Source of the DNA: Squalus acanthias
Taxonomy: Eukaryota
NCBI GenBank assembly: GCA_030390025.1
Contig: CM059429.1
Span: 30,628,001 to 30,692,000, forward strand
DNA length: 64,000 nucleotides
Direction: 5' to 3'
The notes under the pieces were generated by a model. It saw nothing but the letters and a program-made list of their open reading frames with translations. It was not told the DNA's origin and made no database searches. The number at the start of each line of letters is the position of its first letter. The stretch's first letter is position 1. The position numbers and the translations under genes were made by a program. Shown in pieces: positions 49,772 to 61,689 of the stretch.

Positions 49772-52700
49772 TCAACTGTCTAGAGACTGCAAGTGATGGG
49801 CACCTCACCCAAGAAACACTGTAACAGCACAATAGAATATGCTCCAAGTTGGTCTCCATGGTGATCATATTTATCACTCTCTTTAGCATCTGCATGATGA
49901 CTTTCTGACTTGTCAGTTCTATCAGCCAGTTGCTAAACATGACTTTTTTGATCCCTCTATTCTGTTACTTTTCCAAAAAGGCAGCACTCCATTTGTTTTC
50001 CAACTTGGGTACCATGATCCGAATAGTTTTCATAGTAGCAATTAAAATGGTGATACATTGCACAGAGTAGACTTACTAATGGGCCTAGGAACTAGATCAA
50101 GAAATCTCCCTTCATGACTCTAATTTAGTGAGTAGCTCGACTATGCATTGGATTTCTAATTTGACATAGTTCAATGTTTGCCTGGTGGCCAGTAAGATAT
50201 AATTTAGCTTGAATAGTCAGTACAATCTGAGACGTAAATAGGAATAAGAAATTCACAAAGTTACACATAATACTCAGTATAATTTTACTTTGATTCCCAG
50301 ACATAAATAGGAGTAAGAAATTCACAAACAGCAGCAGAATCTCCCAAGGTGTGAGAAAAATATTCTTTTAACGTTGCCTATTCTCTGTCTGGTAGGAAAT
50401 ACTATGAGAAGTTGCACAAGTACATGAAAATCTAGTCAGCAGCTTTTTTTTGTATAGGAATGGTATATTTCACCAGTAGCTGAACCCCCACTGAATACTG
50501 TAAAGGTTCTTATAAGGGAATGTTACATGGTGTTTCTAGAAGATCCTTTCTGGAAATTATGCACTGACTGTACTCTTAAATGGATCAGTACTGTATGAAT
50601 TGTTCCAGGTTTGGTTACAGGGTTTCCTTTGTCCTGGCTATATATTTTTAAGCACTATTACATAGGTTTTCCTTTCTGTTGGCTTCATGTATGCATTTTT
50701 TTCATCTATCTAAATGGTTTAATTGTGCTTCTAGAATTTACATATTTGTTAGATTATGTTCATGCAGTATACATATGTATCTATTTATTCATAGCACACA
50801 AGTATGATAATACAACCACTAAATAACCCCTGGTTGCTCAGCTGTACTTGAGTAATGTAGTGAATAGCACTTTATCATGAAGTAGCATTGATAATGCTGT
50901 CAGTCAACCTTATGGCATCAGAAAGAAATGTAACTGTCTGTAGTGTAGGCTTTCTACATGAATTATAGTACCTTCCACTACATTCTTAATTTATGTGTCT
51001 ACATTTTTATGAATAGTATAAACTGAATACAGTGAGAAATAGTGGGATACAGAGTTCATGTCAGTTTTAAATGAGCACTTATCCATCCTTTTATGACTTA
51101 ATTAGTTGTGGGTTATGACTTGAAAGGTGTCCTTGTGGAATAAATTGTGTACCCACTGTTCTCATGGTGTAATCTCTATTTTAAACTTAAATGTACACTT
51201 GTAATAATTGTAAACCTAAAATGTTCAAACTTGCATATGATTGAATTATTCTTGTAATCCACCTTTAAACAATTTGGATGCTAGCACCAAACTTTTGTTG
51301 TGATCTTTGCCAAAGTGATTTATTTTAACATTTCAATGTGTTTTTCTTTACTTTAAGCTTGGGATAGTTTTTAAGTGCAGCCTAGGTAGCCAGCAGAAGG
51401 GAATTCTGTTTTTTTTATTTATGACTTGAACAGATGGAGTTTTGCCTGCACTTTCCTTTTTCTATGTAAATACATTCCATGTGTTCTAGTTTTTATGTAA
51501 AACAGTTCACATTCCTCTTCGAGTACAGCTTTGTTTCAAATTAATTTGTGTTTTTATTTTGTGTTATGCTGTATATGTTTTTTATGATTTTGTTACCAAA
51601 TGTTGATCACCTTGTTACTTGTGTTTTCATTTTTGTCATTTCAAGTCTACTAACCAATATCTGATTGATTGGTAGAAACCCGTTGACCTTTTAAAAAGTT
51701 ACTTTGATCTGAGGTGGAAATGGTCAGGACCAGGTTAAAATCTTTCACATTGACTTTGAAGTGAACTGAGCTGTACAAGCCCACTTCAGTTACAGTAGTT
51801 TTCACCAGCCATGTTTCTCCTCTTCAAAACCCGCTGAGCAGAAAAGTGCCTCATTCTTGTTCACATACTATCTGGAACAACTTGAATTATGCCTTACTGG
51901 GACAGTAGCCGTTTGTTTGTGGGCCTGATTCCAACTCAGAAACACAAACTTTAAAGCCAGACTCAGTGAGGTTATATCATAATTTCCAGATGTTTCTTTT
52001 TATTTGGTAGGGCGGGCAGGGGTAAGTAACAGAGTGAGGAGTAGAGTGACTTTTAGAATGAATCTTCGATTAGTAGTCCATCGTAGGAAAGCATTATTTG
52101 GGCTCTATTCCCTGATTATGTTACAGTGAGGTGGGAGGCGGGGGGGGGGGGGGGGGGTAATTTTTGATGAGCAAATAGAATTTTGCCTGCCACATTTCAA
52201 AAGGAGCAGTTGGAGAGCAGGACTGAAGCAGCAAAGTTGCAGCTGCTGACCGTTACTTGTAGTACCCTCAACTAAGTGACCATTAGCAAGTAGATCAAAC
52301 TGATCTGTTTTCATGTGATTTATAACTGGCATTTTCAAAATATACTCTCTTTCTGCTTTTGTTATACTTTTATTGTCTTTTGCTAAGAGAGCTGCTTTCA
52401 ACACTATTTTTGGAAATGGGCTGTAGTTTTAAACCCTGATCTGGCAAGTTTGGTGCTGTTTGTAATTGTGCTAAATTAGAGACCTGAATAACAGTAACAG
52501 GAAAATAAAAGGTGACAAATTACAACTCAAAATATAGGAGCAGCGGCCGAGTGGAGTTTGCTGCACTCATCAAGCCTGGCAGCTGTATGCAATGTACCAA
52601 CAACGACTTAAGACCAGAATTCGCACCCTCTCAGTTCCAAGTAAAGCTCATCCTAAACTCAGATAGTGAATGGTACAAGATAGAATCTTGAGTTTGGGGA

Positions 52701-54185
52701 GCTCATTTTATCATTCTTTTGGTCAAATTAAGTTGTAGGAACTGTTGATAGTACTAGTTTAATGAGGCATTTGTTTAATTTAACTTTACCATTCCCATAC
52801 AGACGGTAACTTAAAAATCTCTTCTACGAAATGGACAAGTTTTCAGAAAACTAGTGTAGAAAATCATGTCTTGATCATCACTCATTTGAGCAAAACAAGT
52901 AAAATCATATATGGGCTCAGATCTTGTCCCAACATTGTGATCTTATCTATTTGTTATTCTGTATTCACATACAAACATGTCACTACATTAAAAACACATT
53001 CACGAAATGGTGATAATTTCACAAAAGAAGTTACTAGTAAGATTTTTTTGAAAATAAAGCTGTGGCAAATCGCTTACTAAACAGTGCTGTATCCAGATTA
53101 ATGGGTTTCAGGTCATCCTCGATGCTGCATTATAGTTGAATGGATCAGATGAGAATTTCTTGAGGGACTCTTCAGTTGTATTCTAGTTTCTAAGTAAATC
53201 TACTGTATCCTGTTGCTCGTGTCTACCCAAGAAACACACACACACACTGAGTACTTTAAACATTTGAAGATGTTCTGATGTGCTTTTGCTGTGTATTGGT
53301 ATATTTTCCACTGTTTCCAACCTCTAATTTGAAAATTGCATCCTGTAAAAATACAGTTTTCCAAATCTCCAAAATCTTTCTTGTAGGCCACTACTAGAAA
53401 TAATTGGGAAATGTTAAGTGCCTAATTAACTTCTATTCAGCAGGAAAATTCATGTTTAGTCAACGAGAATTCACATTGACCTTTTGAAAATTGGTTTGGT
53501 TCGGTTCAGGTTTGGAACCACTTTTGATACCAGGTTGGAAGTCTGTTCATACAATCTTTGAAGTGAACTGAGATGCATCAGGTTAAGTTGACTTACTTTA
53601 CTGCTGTCAACCTTTTGAGCTGAAACAGATTGAAACTGACTCATGTGGAAACAAAGTAATTTACGAGGAAGATAACTACTTCCGTAGCTACTTGGAACCA
53701 GTACTTAAAAGTCTGTGGTAAACATGCATGGGCAACTGTGTGTTAAGTATAATTTTTGTTTGTCTTTCATTTGTACACTGTTGTAAATACATTTGGTATT
53801 GTAGCTGCTCTCAGTATGGTCATTTGTACACCGTATTGGATGTTATATGTGCACCATTTTCTCCTTTAAGAATTATATAAATATTATAGTTCCTTTGCAG
53901 TGAGCAATTAGACCTGTTTCATATGTGTATGTTTTTACAGCTGGAGAGAGACTGGATATGTATTCTTGTGTTAAAACTGTTTTCTATGGTAGACTTGTAC
54001 TGAAAACTTGGAGGCCTTGGCTTTGATTTATATTGTGTAGATATTTGTCATGTAAAAAGAAAAGGCATGTTTGTCAACTCCAGCTTTGCTCTAACTGTCT
54101 CCTTTGTACATATGTATAACATACAGCATATGTTTGTTTATGAGGCTTTTGTGATGAATAAACACTGTACATTGGAATTGGCCTG
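49772..54185 (+). other. LRCH3: Probable long LRCH3 3'UTR (~4.4 kb)
   Basis: No recognisable transposons; U-rich; many UGUA motifs; Pumilio-type UGUAHAUA at 51465, 53782 and 54105; ends at a good poly(A) signal. Confidence 0.65.
54157..54162 (+). terminator. Distal LRCH3 polyadenylation signal
   Basis: AATAAA with upstream UGUA motifs and a downstream GU/U-rich element (tgttgtgcgtgtttt ~54190). Confidence 0.7.
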
Positions 54186-54593
54186 AAGATGTTGTGCGTG
54201 TTTTACTGGGGTTTTTTCTCCTTCAGACAGTATCCTAGTCCTTGCCTCATTACAAACTATTAAATGCATATCCGCTTGTTTTTGGAAATGTAAAATGCTT
54301 GCAAATGTAAGGACACTATTTACTGTACTGTATTGGAAAAATCATATAACACTCTGGCCCTGATTTAGCTGCGAACTACAGGAAACTCTCGTTTAAACGG
54401 CACCTAAATATCCGGAATTCTCTATTAACCGGCAAAATTCATACTCCGAAAACTCCTCTCCAATAACCGGCAATGTTGCTGAGTCCGAGTCTCCCGCGAA
54501 CGCCGAGTTAGTGGGGGTAGTTCTCCAAAGTGCCTCTACTCGGCTTCCCGGCGCTGTGGGAAGTCCGATCACCGCAATAACAGGAGTCTGATT

Positions 54594-54740
54594 CTCCCGC
54601 GCTGCTGGTAGTCTCTTCTGATCTGCCATTTTACTGTGTGACTCCCATGCTGCTGGTAGTCTCTTCTGATCCACCATTTTACTGTGTGTCTCCCGCGCTG
54701 CTTGTAGTCTCTTCCAAGCCACCATTTTTCTGTGTTTCTC
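54594..54740 (+). repeat. 48-bp tandem repeat x3 in the transposon 5' region
   Basis: ctcccgcgctgctggtagtctcttctgatctgccattttactgtgtga and two variants. Confidence 0.9.
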
Positions 54741-54778
54741 TCCATCTTTATCGGGAATTATCTCCCCCATCTTGCATT

Positions 54779-56521
54779 ATGGAATTCCCAAAAGCTAGTC
54801 CAAGCAAAAGGAAGAGAGTGGTAACTTTAAAACAGAAAATCGTGATATGCCAATGACTAGAAAGGGGAGATAAGCGTATCAACATTATGAATGAATTCAA
54901 AATCGGTTCGTCAACAATCTACGACATCAAATCGCAGAAGGATAAGCTGCTCAAGTTTTATTCAAGCTCGGAGACATGTAAGAGTGTAGAGAAATGGCGT
55001 ACGCTTCGTAAGCCTAAGCTTGAAGAGCTGGATACTGTGCTTTATGAATGGTTTTCTCTTAAGCGTTCAGAGGGTGTTCCACTTTCTGGACCCATGCTAA
55101 TCGCGAAAGCGAAGGATTTCTACGAAAGGATGGCGCTCACTGACAAGTGTGCTTTCTCCGAGGGATGGCTAACGTGCTTCAAGTTACGGCACGGGATACG
55201 ACGACTCGATATTTCCGGGGAGAAGAAATCAGCTGATCACGACGCCGCAGAAGAATACTGCGATTATTTCAATCGGATTGTGCAGCAACATGATTTGTCG
55301 CCAGCACAGATATATAATGCCGATGAAACTGGTTTGTTTTGGAGGTTTTTGCCAGAATCAACGCTTGCTGGGGCTAGTGAGGCTAATGCTTCAGGTTACA
55401 AGAAAAATAAAGATCGTGCTAACGTGCAAACGCTGCTGGATCACACCAGGTTAAACTTCTTGTTATTGGGAAGTATAAAAATCCCCGTGCATTAAAAAAT
55501 GTGAGGCACTTACCTGTTGAGTACAAAGATCAAAAAAATGCTTGGATGGATAAGGAAATCTTCTCCGATTGGTTCCATCATATTTTAGTTCCATCTGTGA
55601 GGGAACATTTCCGTAAAATAGGGAAACCTGAAGATAGCAAATGCATTTTATTACTTGATAATTGTAGAGCCCATCCGCATGAATCCGAGTTGGTTTCGGG
55701 AAATATTTTCACCATTTATTTGCCACCAAATGTAACTTCTCTCGTACAACCCATGGACCAGGGTGTTATCCAAAATCTGAAGTGTCATTACAAGAAAGAC
55801 TTCCTACGTAAACTGATAAACCAAGATGACAATATTCACGCATTTCAGAAGGAATACAGTATTAAAGATGCCATCTATAATGTTGCATGTTCCTGGAACT
55901 TGGTGAAAGGTCACACTCTGAGGCAAGCCTGGCGCAAATTGTGGCCTTCTGTAATGTTTGCTGAAGTTTCTTCAGAGGAGGAATTTCATGGGTTCAATGT
56001 TCGTCCCAAGAAGAGTACAATAATGGAAATGGCTGGCATGGTGAAAAATGTAGGCCCAGCAAACCCTCTACGTCACCTCAGTGAAAGTGATATCAAGCAG
56101 TGGGTTGCTGCAGATAGAGAAGTTGCTGTTGTGCATATGCTAAGTGATGATGAAATAATTGAGAGTGTTTTGAATCCAAAGAAAGAAAAGGAAAGTGAGA
56201 TGGAAAGTGAAGAGGATGAGATTTCTGAAGAGAACAAAGATTTCTTGGGCTAAAGCTGCAGAAGGATTTTCTTCAATCCTCCAATTTGCTGAAAGGCAGC
56301 CTTGCTACTCTGCCCAAGAAGTTATGCAACTCCATATTCTGCATTCCACGTTTGTACAGAAAAGGCAAGAGTCCACTAAGCAAGCCGACATCCGCAACAT
56401 GTTTAAGAAAGCTTCCAAAAGAGTCGAAGCAGCGGAAGTGCCTGAAGAATCTGTGGAAGTGCATGATCCTGATGACCCAGCTGGCATGGATATTCCTGAT
56501 GAACCAGTTGACTTGGAATAA
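54779..56521 (+). pseudogene. Disrupted pogo/Tigger transposase (CENP-B-type HTH + DDE_1; JRK/TIGD2-like)
   Basis: [33 protein letters not shown], and the triad YNADETG / LLLDNC / QPMDQG. Lesions: TGA at 54854 and frameshifts near 55415 and 56230. Confidence 0.92.
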
Positions 56522-57190
56522 GTGTACAGTCAACTACAGTACTGTATACAGTCGTTTATAAGTTTTGTTTTACTGTTAAGTAATTAAAGAGTTATGGATT
56601 ACCCTCAACTGGCAGCACTGTACTTAATCAAGCATCTTCCACCATCCATTTAACACAACATTCTGTAGGTGAGTACCCAATTACTGTATACTGCACATTT
56701 CTTGATTTTTAAAATTTTTGTTTGTTAAAAATAGCGTCGGTAGATAACCCTCCATCATCTGGAATTTTTATTCAACCGGCACCACCCCGGTCCCGTCTGT
56801 GCCGGATACCAAAGAGTTTCCTGTAGTTGGATAGAATTAATATTTTCTCCCAGCGGCTTTATTGGAGTCCAGAATTGGCTTTTGTAATTTACTTCCTATT
56901 GAACATCAATCTGTAACTTAAAACTGCAGATGCAGACAATGAAAAACCTTTAAGAGTTGACTCCTTAAAATATGATTATTAATTTAAATAAAAATGAAAA
57001 GGTACAAACATTGATCAACTATTCGCTATAAAATGTTGAATTTGGTTTTGAAAAGAGCAGAGGTAAGGATGGTCAGTACAATTCTGCTGTGCTGTGTCTC
57101 CTTGGAAACAAATTTTAGAAACCGCTAATTCTAAATAAGACTTTTGAGAAGATTTTTTAAATGCATTTGTGTGACCTTTACGACCTCACA

Positions 57191-57450
57191 CAGTGGTTCT
57201 CAAACCCCTTGGGGTCCGTAGAGTCTTTCCATGGGGCCTGCGAAATAATGTGAAAGTGCTTACTGAGCACTTCTATTGAATAGAAACGCAGCACGTGTGT
57301 ATTGTAAACATTCCTTGCAGGTGCAGAGCATGCAGACTGAAGCTATAAACCCCATCGGTAAGCTCATTACAATGGGTGAAAGGTTATTGACCAATGGATC
57401 CATCCGTCATAAGACAGTGTCAATGGAAATTCGATTCCCGACACTCCTTA
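57191..57450. mobile_element. Possible hAT/Charlie-like remnant
   Basis: Begins cagtggttctcaaac, a typical hAT TIR; no clear right end. Confidence 0.35.
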
Positions 57451-57456
57451 ATTGCT

Positions 57457-57636
57457 ACAACAAAAACATTGCAAACACTCAGCAGGTCGAGGTGCATCTG
57501 CGGAAGAACAAGCAAGCTGCTTCGGGTATAGGCCCTTACTCAACCAGTTTATACTCTCCACAGATGCTGCCTGACACATCAAGTGTTTTGATGTTTCTAA
57601 TTTCAGATTTCCAGCATCTACAGTATTTTGCTTTTT
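57457..57636. mobile_element. Old fold-back PLE-tail element
   Basis: Left arm aacactcagcaggtc..gcatctgcgga; right arm tccacagatgctgcctgac..atttccagcatctacagtattttgct. Confidence 0.65.
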
Positions 57637-57749
57637 GTTTACTTTATTTGCTGCACCAGACAGGATTTGCTTTTGAGTTCCTTTTACCATCTGGTCTCGT
57701 TGATGGTGTGTGAATAAATTACTTTATACTATTCACACTTGATAATGAA

Positions 57750-57944
57750 CCAGTTCCTTCCCCCAGCCTCCCACTTGCTTTTTTATCTGTTTCATTTCCT
57801 GCTTTTTTCTCAGTTCTGACGAAGGGTCTTCAACCTGAAACGTTAACTCTGTTTCTCTCTCCACGGATGTTGCCTGGCCTGCTGAGTTTTTCCAGCGTTT
57901 TCTGTTGTTATTTCAGTTTTCCAGCATCCGCAGTATTTTGCTAT
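57750..57944 (+). mobile_element. PLE pLTR/3' tail fragment
   Basis: Highly similar to 14380-14556. Confidence 0.88.
57811..57848 (+). ncRNA. Minimal hammerhead ribozyme, intact core
   Basis: cagtt CTGACGA a gggt cttca acct GAAA cgtt aact. Confidence 0.75.
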
Positions 57945-59837
57945 TGTATCAGTTATAATGCAGGTTTAGAATCCAACAAGTGCCCAGTCTGCAGCTTCTA
58001 TCTTAAAAACCTTATGTAAGAAGTGGACTTCCTGCCCACGAACCTTGTTCTTAAGATTTTTGATGAACATTGTAAATTGCTATGTCAACATTTTTCATTC
58101 AATTTTGTTATGGCAATTGTCAAGATGTAGTTGCAGGCTCTTGCCAGTGGGTGGCTCTGTGGCCTGAGTTTCTGAAGCGTCTCTCTCCACTCTATCGCCA
58201 TCTTGTGTAAATGTAAAATAAAACTTCAACGCTGCAGGCAACTTACTGATGATGAAAACTTGTGTATGAGAATTGATTGAAAACTAATAGGTGACCCTAC
58301 AGCAGCCACTAAAGCAAAATGGGGTAATGATGCATATTAAACCATGTTAACTGTCTATAGAATTGCTGACCATGGGTTGGCTGAAATTCCAACTTGCCTG
58401 CCATTAGGTGAGTTTTTTTTTACAGATCTAAAGAGGAAAAACCTAGGAGCGTTACATGGAGGAGCACGGAGAGCAGCACAAAGATCGCCAGGTAGACCCG
58501 CAGTTACCAAGACTGGTGGTGGGCCTATTTAGATGGGAGGGTTTGTGATTACTAATCCATGTGAAAAGGAGTCCTTCAACCAAAGAAAGTATGAGAACCA
58601 CTGACCTACCATACTGCTCCAGGGAGGAAAGTGACATTCTGTTGTGTCCTCTATACACTTATCCAACATAATATGTATTTGAGGGAAAGAAACTGATCAA
58701 ATGCATCCAGTTGTGCCCATCTGGATAAAGACAAGTTTTCCTTACAAGTGCCATTGCAAAATCTGTATTTGACTAAAACATCTTCACAGGTTTGTTTCAT
58801 TTTTTTTTTACCTCTCAGTTTCTGCTATTACAGATGTTTATGTCCTTTTCATTATCCCTGATTTTCCTCCTTCCCATTGATAGTCTGACAGACATGCATC
58901 TTTATACAGACCTTTTAACCTGGAAGAATGGGCTGATGAACAGGACTTTTTAACGAAGCTCAATTATGATCGTTTCTACCTTATTTTGAAAATGAGATGA
59001 GGTGTTTTATAAATAACTGACGGTGATGAAATTACATGTAAACCCTGAACACTATCCATGCTGTGGACCACCTTAATCTGACAACGTAGATTCAAAAGAT
59101 TTCAATACACAACTTGAATTTTTGTCTCTGTTGATTTGATTGAATAGTTTTTGATTTATATAATGAATTGATAACTCCATTTTCACACATCAGCTTATTG
59201 ATTAAATTGTAGCTGGGAATATCTAAACTGTAACTTAAGTAGCCAGTCAATGTTAATGGTTTGGTTGCACTTGATCCATTTTTGAAAGGAACGGAGAGTC
59301 TGATGGAAGTCCCTGCTGAAATTCTAATTTATCTTATTTCTAACCTGTATAGATATCAAATAGTTAAGTGATTCAATTTTGGCTTCCTTGACTGTTCTTA
59401 ACCAGACCAATCCTGCCATACAGAAATAGACTTTGGGAGTGAAATTCCATCTGATAATAATTGTAGTTAGAATGTCCGAGTGAGTGACCTCTGCTGGAAA
59501 GTACATGTGCAGTCAGTGCGTGAGAACAGAATTGGACTCGGTTGCCACTATCATGGGCTGCTGACAGTCACTGGGCTCATACATTAAAGTGGTCACTTAG
59601 GCAAAGTACCAGAAGGCAGCTGCCAGTTGGGGAAACTACCCCAGGAACAGCCAGCATCTTCAGGAGAGGAAGAAAATTGTGGGGTGGGGGTCGGGGAGAG
59701 GGATTAAAATGCTATGAAACAAGTCAAACTACCAGCATTAAGACACTAAAAAGTATATTTTGTTACTTTGCCAGGGTAAAGAATGTAATAGTTTAACATT
59801 TATTATGATTAGAACTTGATTTTTTTTTAATTGCAAC

Positions 59838-59843
59838 TTTATT
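59838..59843 (-). terminator. Probable IQCG polyadenylation signal
   Basis: AATAAA on the - strand ~130 nt after the stop codon; a second one near 59799. Confidence 0.6.
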
Positions 59844-59971
59844 CAGTCAATACAACTTAACTCCGTAAAATTGGCTTTTTCAATTGGTCTGTATTGTCCA
59901 GTAATAACCTTCCATTTTGACACACAAGAAATCATTTGATTGATGCTGAAAATGTGTAGAAAGAAATAGCT

Positions 59972-60115
59972 TCATTTCTTCTTATCGGCCTCCTTCCCTT
60001 TCCCTTTCCCTTTTCCTTTTCCCTTTCCTTTGCCTTCTCCGCCTCCTTTCTTTTTCATGTACTTGTAGATTCCAATTCCTCTGCGAACCATGACTCCTCG
60101 CCACCATGATTGGAG
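59972..60115 (-). CDS. IQCG: IQCG/DRC9 last coding exon (LQSWWRGVMVRRGIGIYKYMKKKGGGE(GK)7EADKKK*)
   Basis: Minus-strand acceptor ctttttcctcttacag; IQ motif LQxWWRGxMxRR and a Gly/Lys-rich tail as recalled for human IQCG; IQCG neighbours LRCH3 tail-to-tail in human. Not shown in the ORF track in this frame. Confidence 0.9.
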   Translation of the reverse strand, partial: LQSWWRGVMVRRGIGIYKYMKKKGGGEGKGKGKGKGKGKGKEADKKK

Positions 60116-61689
60116 CTGTAAGAGGAAAAAGATAAAGTGTCTCATACAAAGGAAAATCTAGGGATTTCTGTAGCAGTGTCAGATCGCAGTATAGATTTAA
60201 AAACAAGGTACTTGACTCTGATTTCTTCCCCACTAATAATTGTACACCAGGAACCCAAAACTTTCTTGATACATTACTGATCATTGTACCCTATAACTGG
60301 AGGCTCATAGGAATGCTTCAATGATCTATACTTTTTATCTATCAAAGACAAAATGCAACAAATACACATACAAATTACATATTTCCATAAAGTAATACTA
60401 AAGATCATAGCTTTGTGTATGTAAATGCCCAATATTGTCCAACTACAAACCTATAGTACTGTGTGGTGGATCAATTAAAATATATCAACTTGATTGAACT
60501 TTTTTTCAGTACAGACATATGTTCTGAAAATGTACTAACGTGTGGTCTATTGATGTGAGTTACCATTTCCAAGACTGATTAGGAGCACTGCTAAAGGATT
60601 TCTCAATTCTTGGCCTAATGCTATCATCATCCCATTAACTATTCAGTGGGGAGCTAAGTCAACACTTGTGTAAACTTAACCAGAACGATACTATTTAAAT
60701 AATCCCAAAATTGAGGATCCCATCTATAGCAATTTATATTTTAAAAAGTCGTCATGTTCCAACTACTGAAAACTAATCAAGAATAGCAGAGCCTATTTTC
60801 AATAGCAAATATTTGACAAAAGTTAAACGCAGCAATTAAACTTCTAGGAAAAGCTAGGTGGTTCACTGTGCCTATGGTGTCACTTTGTGCTCCATTGTAC
60901 TCTATGCTTAATAGGCTTTGCATATGCACACACCAGATCACAAAACATGCTGGAAGATGTACTTTACCTAGCTAATAGTTTTCATTTCAACAATTTTGGC
61001 TTTCCTTTATATGTTGTCTTATGCTCCTTTTATGAGCAATTTCACTCTTCCCTATTAATATCGTCCTGAGTCAGATGCTCTAGGGCAGGGTTTCTGGCTA
61101 TATGCTAAGGAGCTCAGGAAGTCCCATCCTCCAGGTGGCAAATTAAGTAGGCATTATTTATTCAGGAAACTGAGGTTTAGAAGTATTTTGTGCCTGTTTT
61201 CAGGTAAGAATGGTAATGTCAGATTGCCAGAGATGTCTTCTACAAAGTGCTGCTGTTGCAGGTCAGTGTTAAATTGTTATGGAGAAAGTGTATTGTTTAG
61301 GTTCCCTATACCTATACCTTGATAGAATGGCCTTAAAAAAGTAGTCTAAAATTTGTACATGCTCGGAACCTCTGTGGGCTGAACAATGTCAGCCAATGTA
61401 AACTGGTAGTGTCCCAGACTGTCGTACTTTTTAAAATTATTGGCCTACTTTTGTAAGAAAAAGTTACCATGTTCCACCTACAAACTTTCTGTTTCCCACA
61501 TCAGCCATCCATGACCTTTCAAAGTCAGCTGGTCAACTAATGCTGAATTAGGGGACGTTTTTACTGTGAACACATGACCACTAGGAACTGGATTTACGGT
61601 GCTCAACCTCTGCAACAGTTATCCTGCAGCCACTCGAGTGCAGTTTGTGGGCAATTGTGCCATGGTCTGGGCCTATACCTGCTAGGGAC

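Larger units (their letters stand above)
54379..56823 (+). mobile_element. Full-length Tigger/pogo DNA transposon, 2445 bp
   Basis: TA TSD on both sides; imperfect 25-bp TIR (caggaaactct........cggcac / gtgccg........agagtttcctg); subterminal aaccggca repeats. Confidence 0.93.

Noticed and set aside
54779-56521. Domesticated TIGD/JRK-like host gene
   Set aside because: TIRs and TA TSD are present, and the ORF has a stop and two frameshifts.
58424-58491. Exon-like segment on the + strand (tttttacag..cag|gtagac)
   Set aside because: Lies beyond the LRCH3 poly(A) site with no recognisable protein homology; probably cryptic.
59982-60284. 100-aa Arg-rich ORF from the track
   Set aside because: Wrong-frame overlap of the true IQCG last exon.
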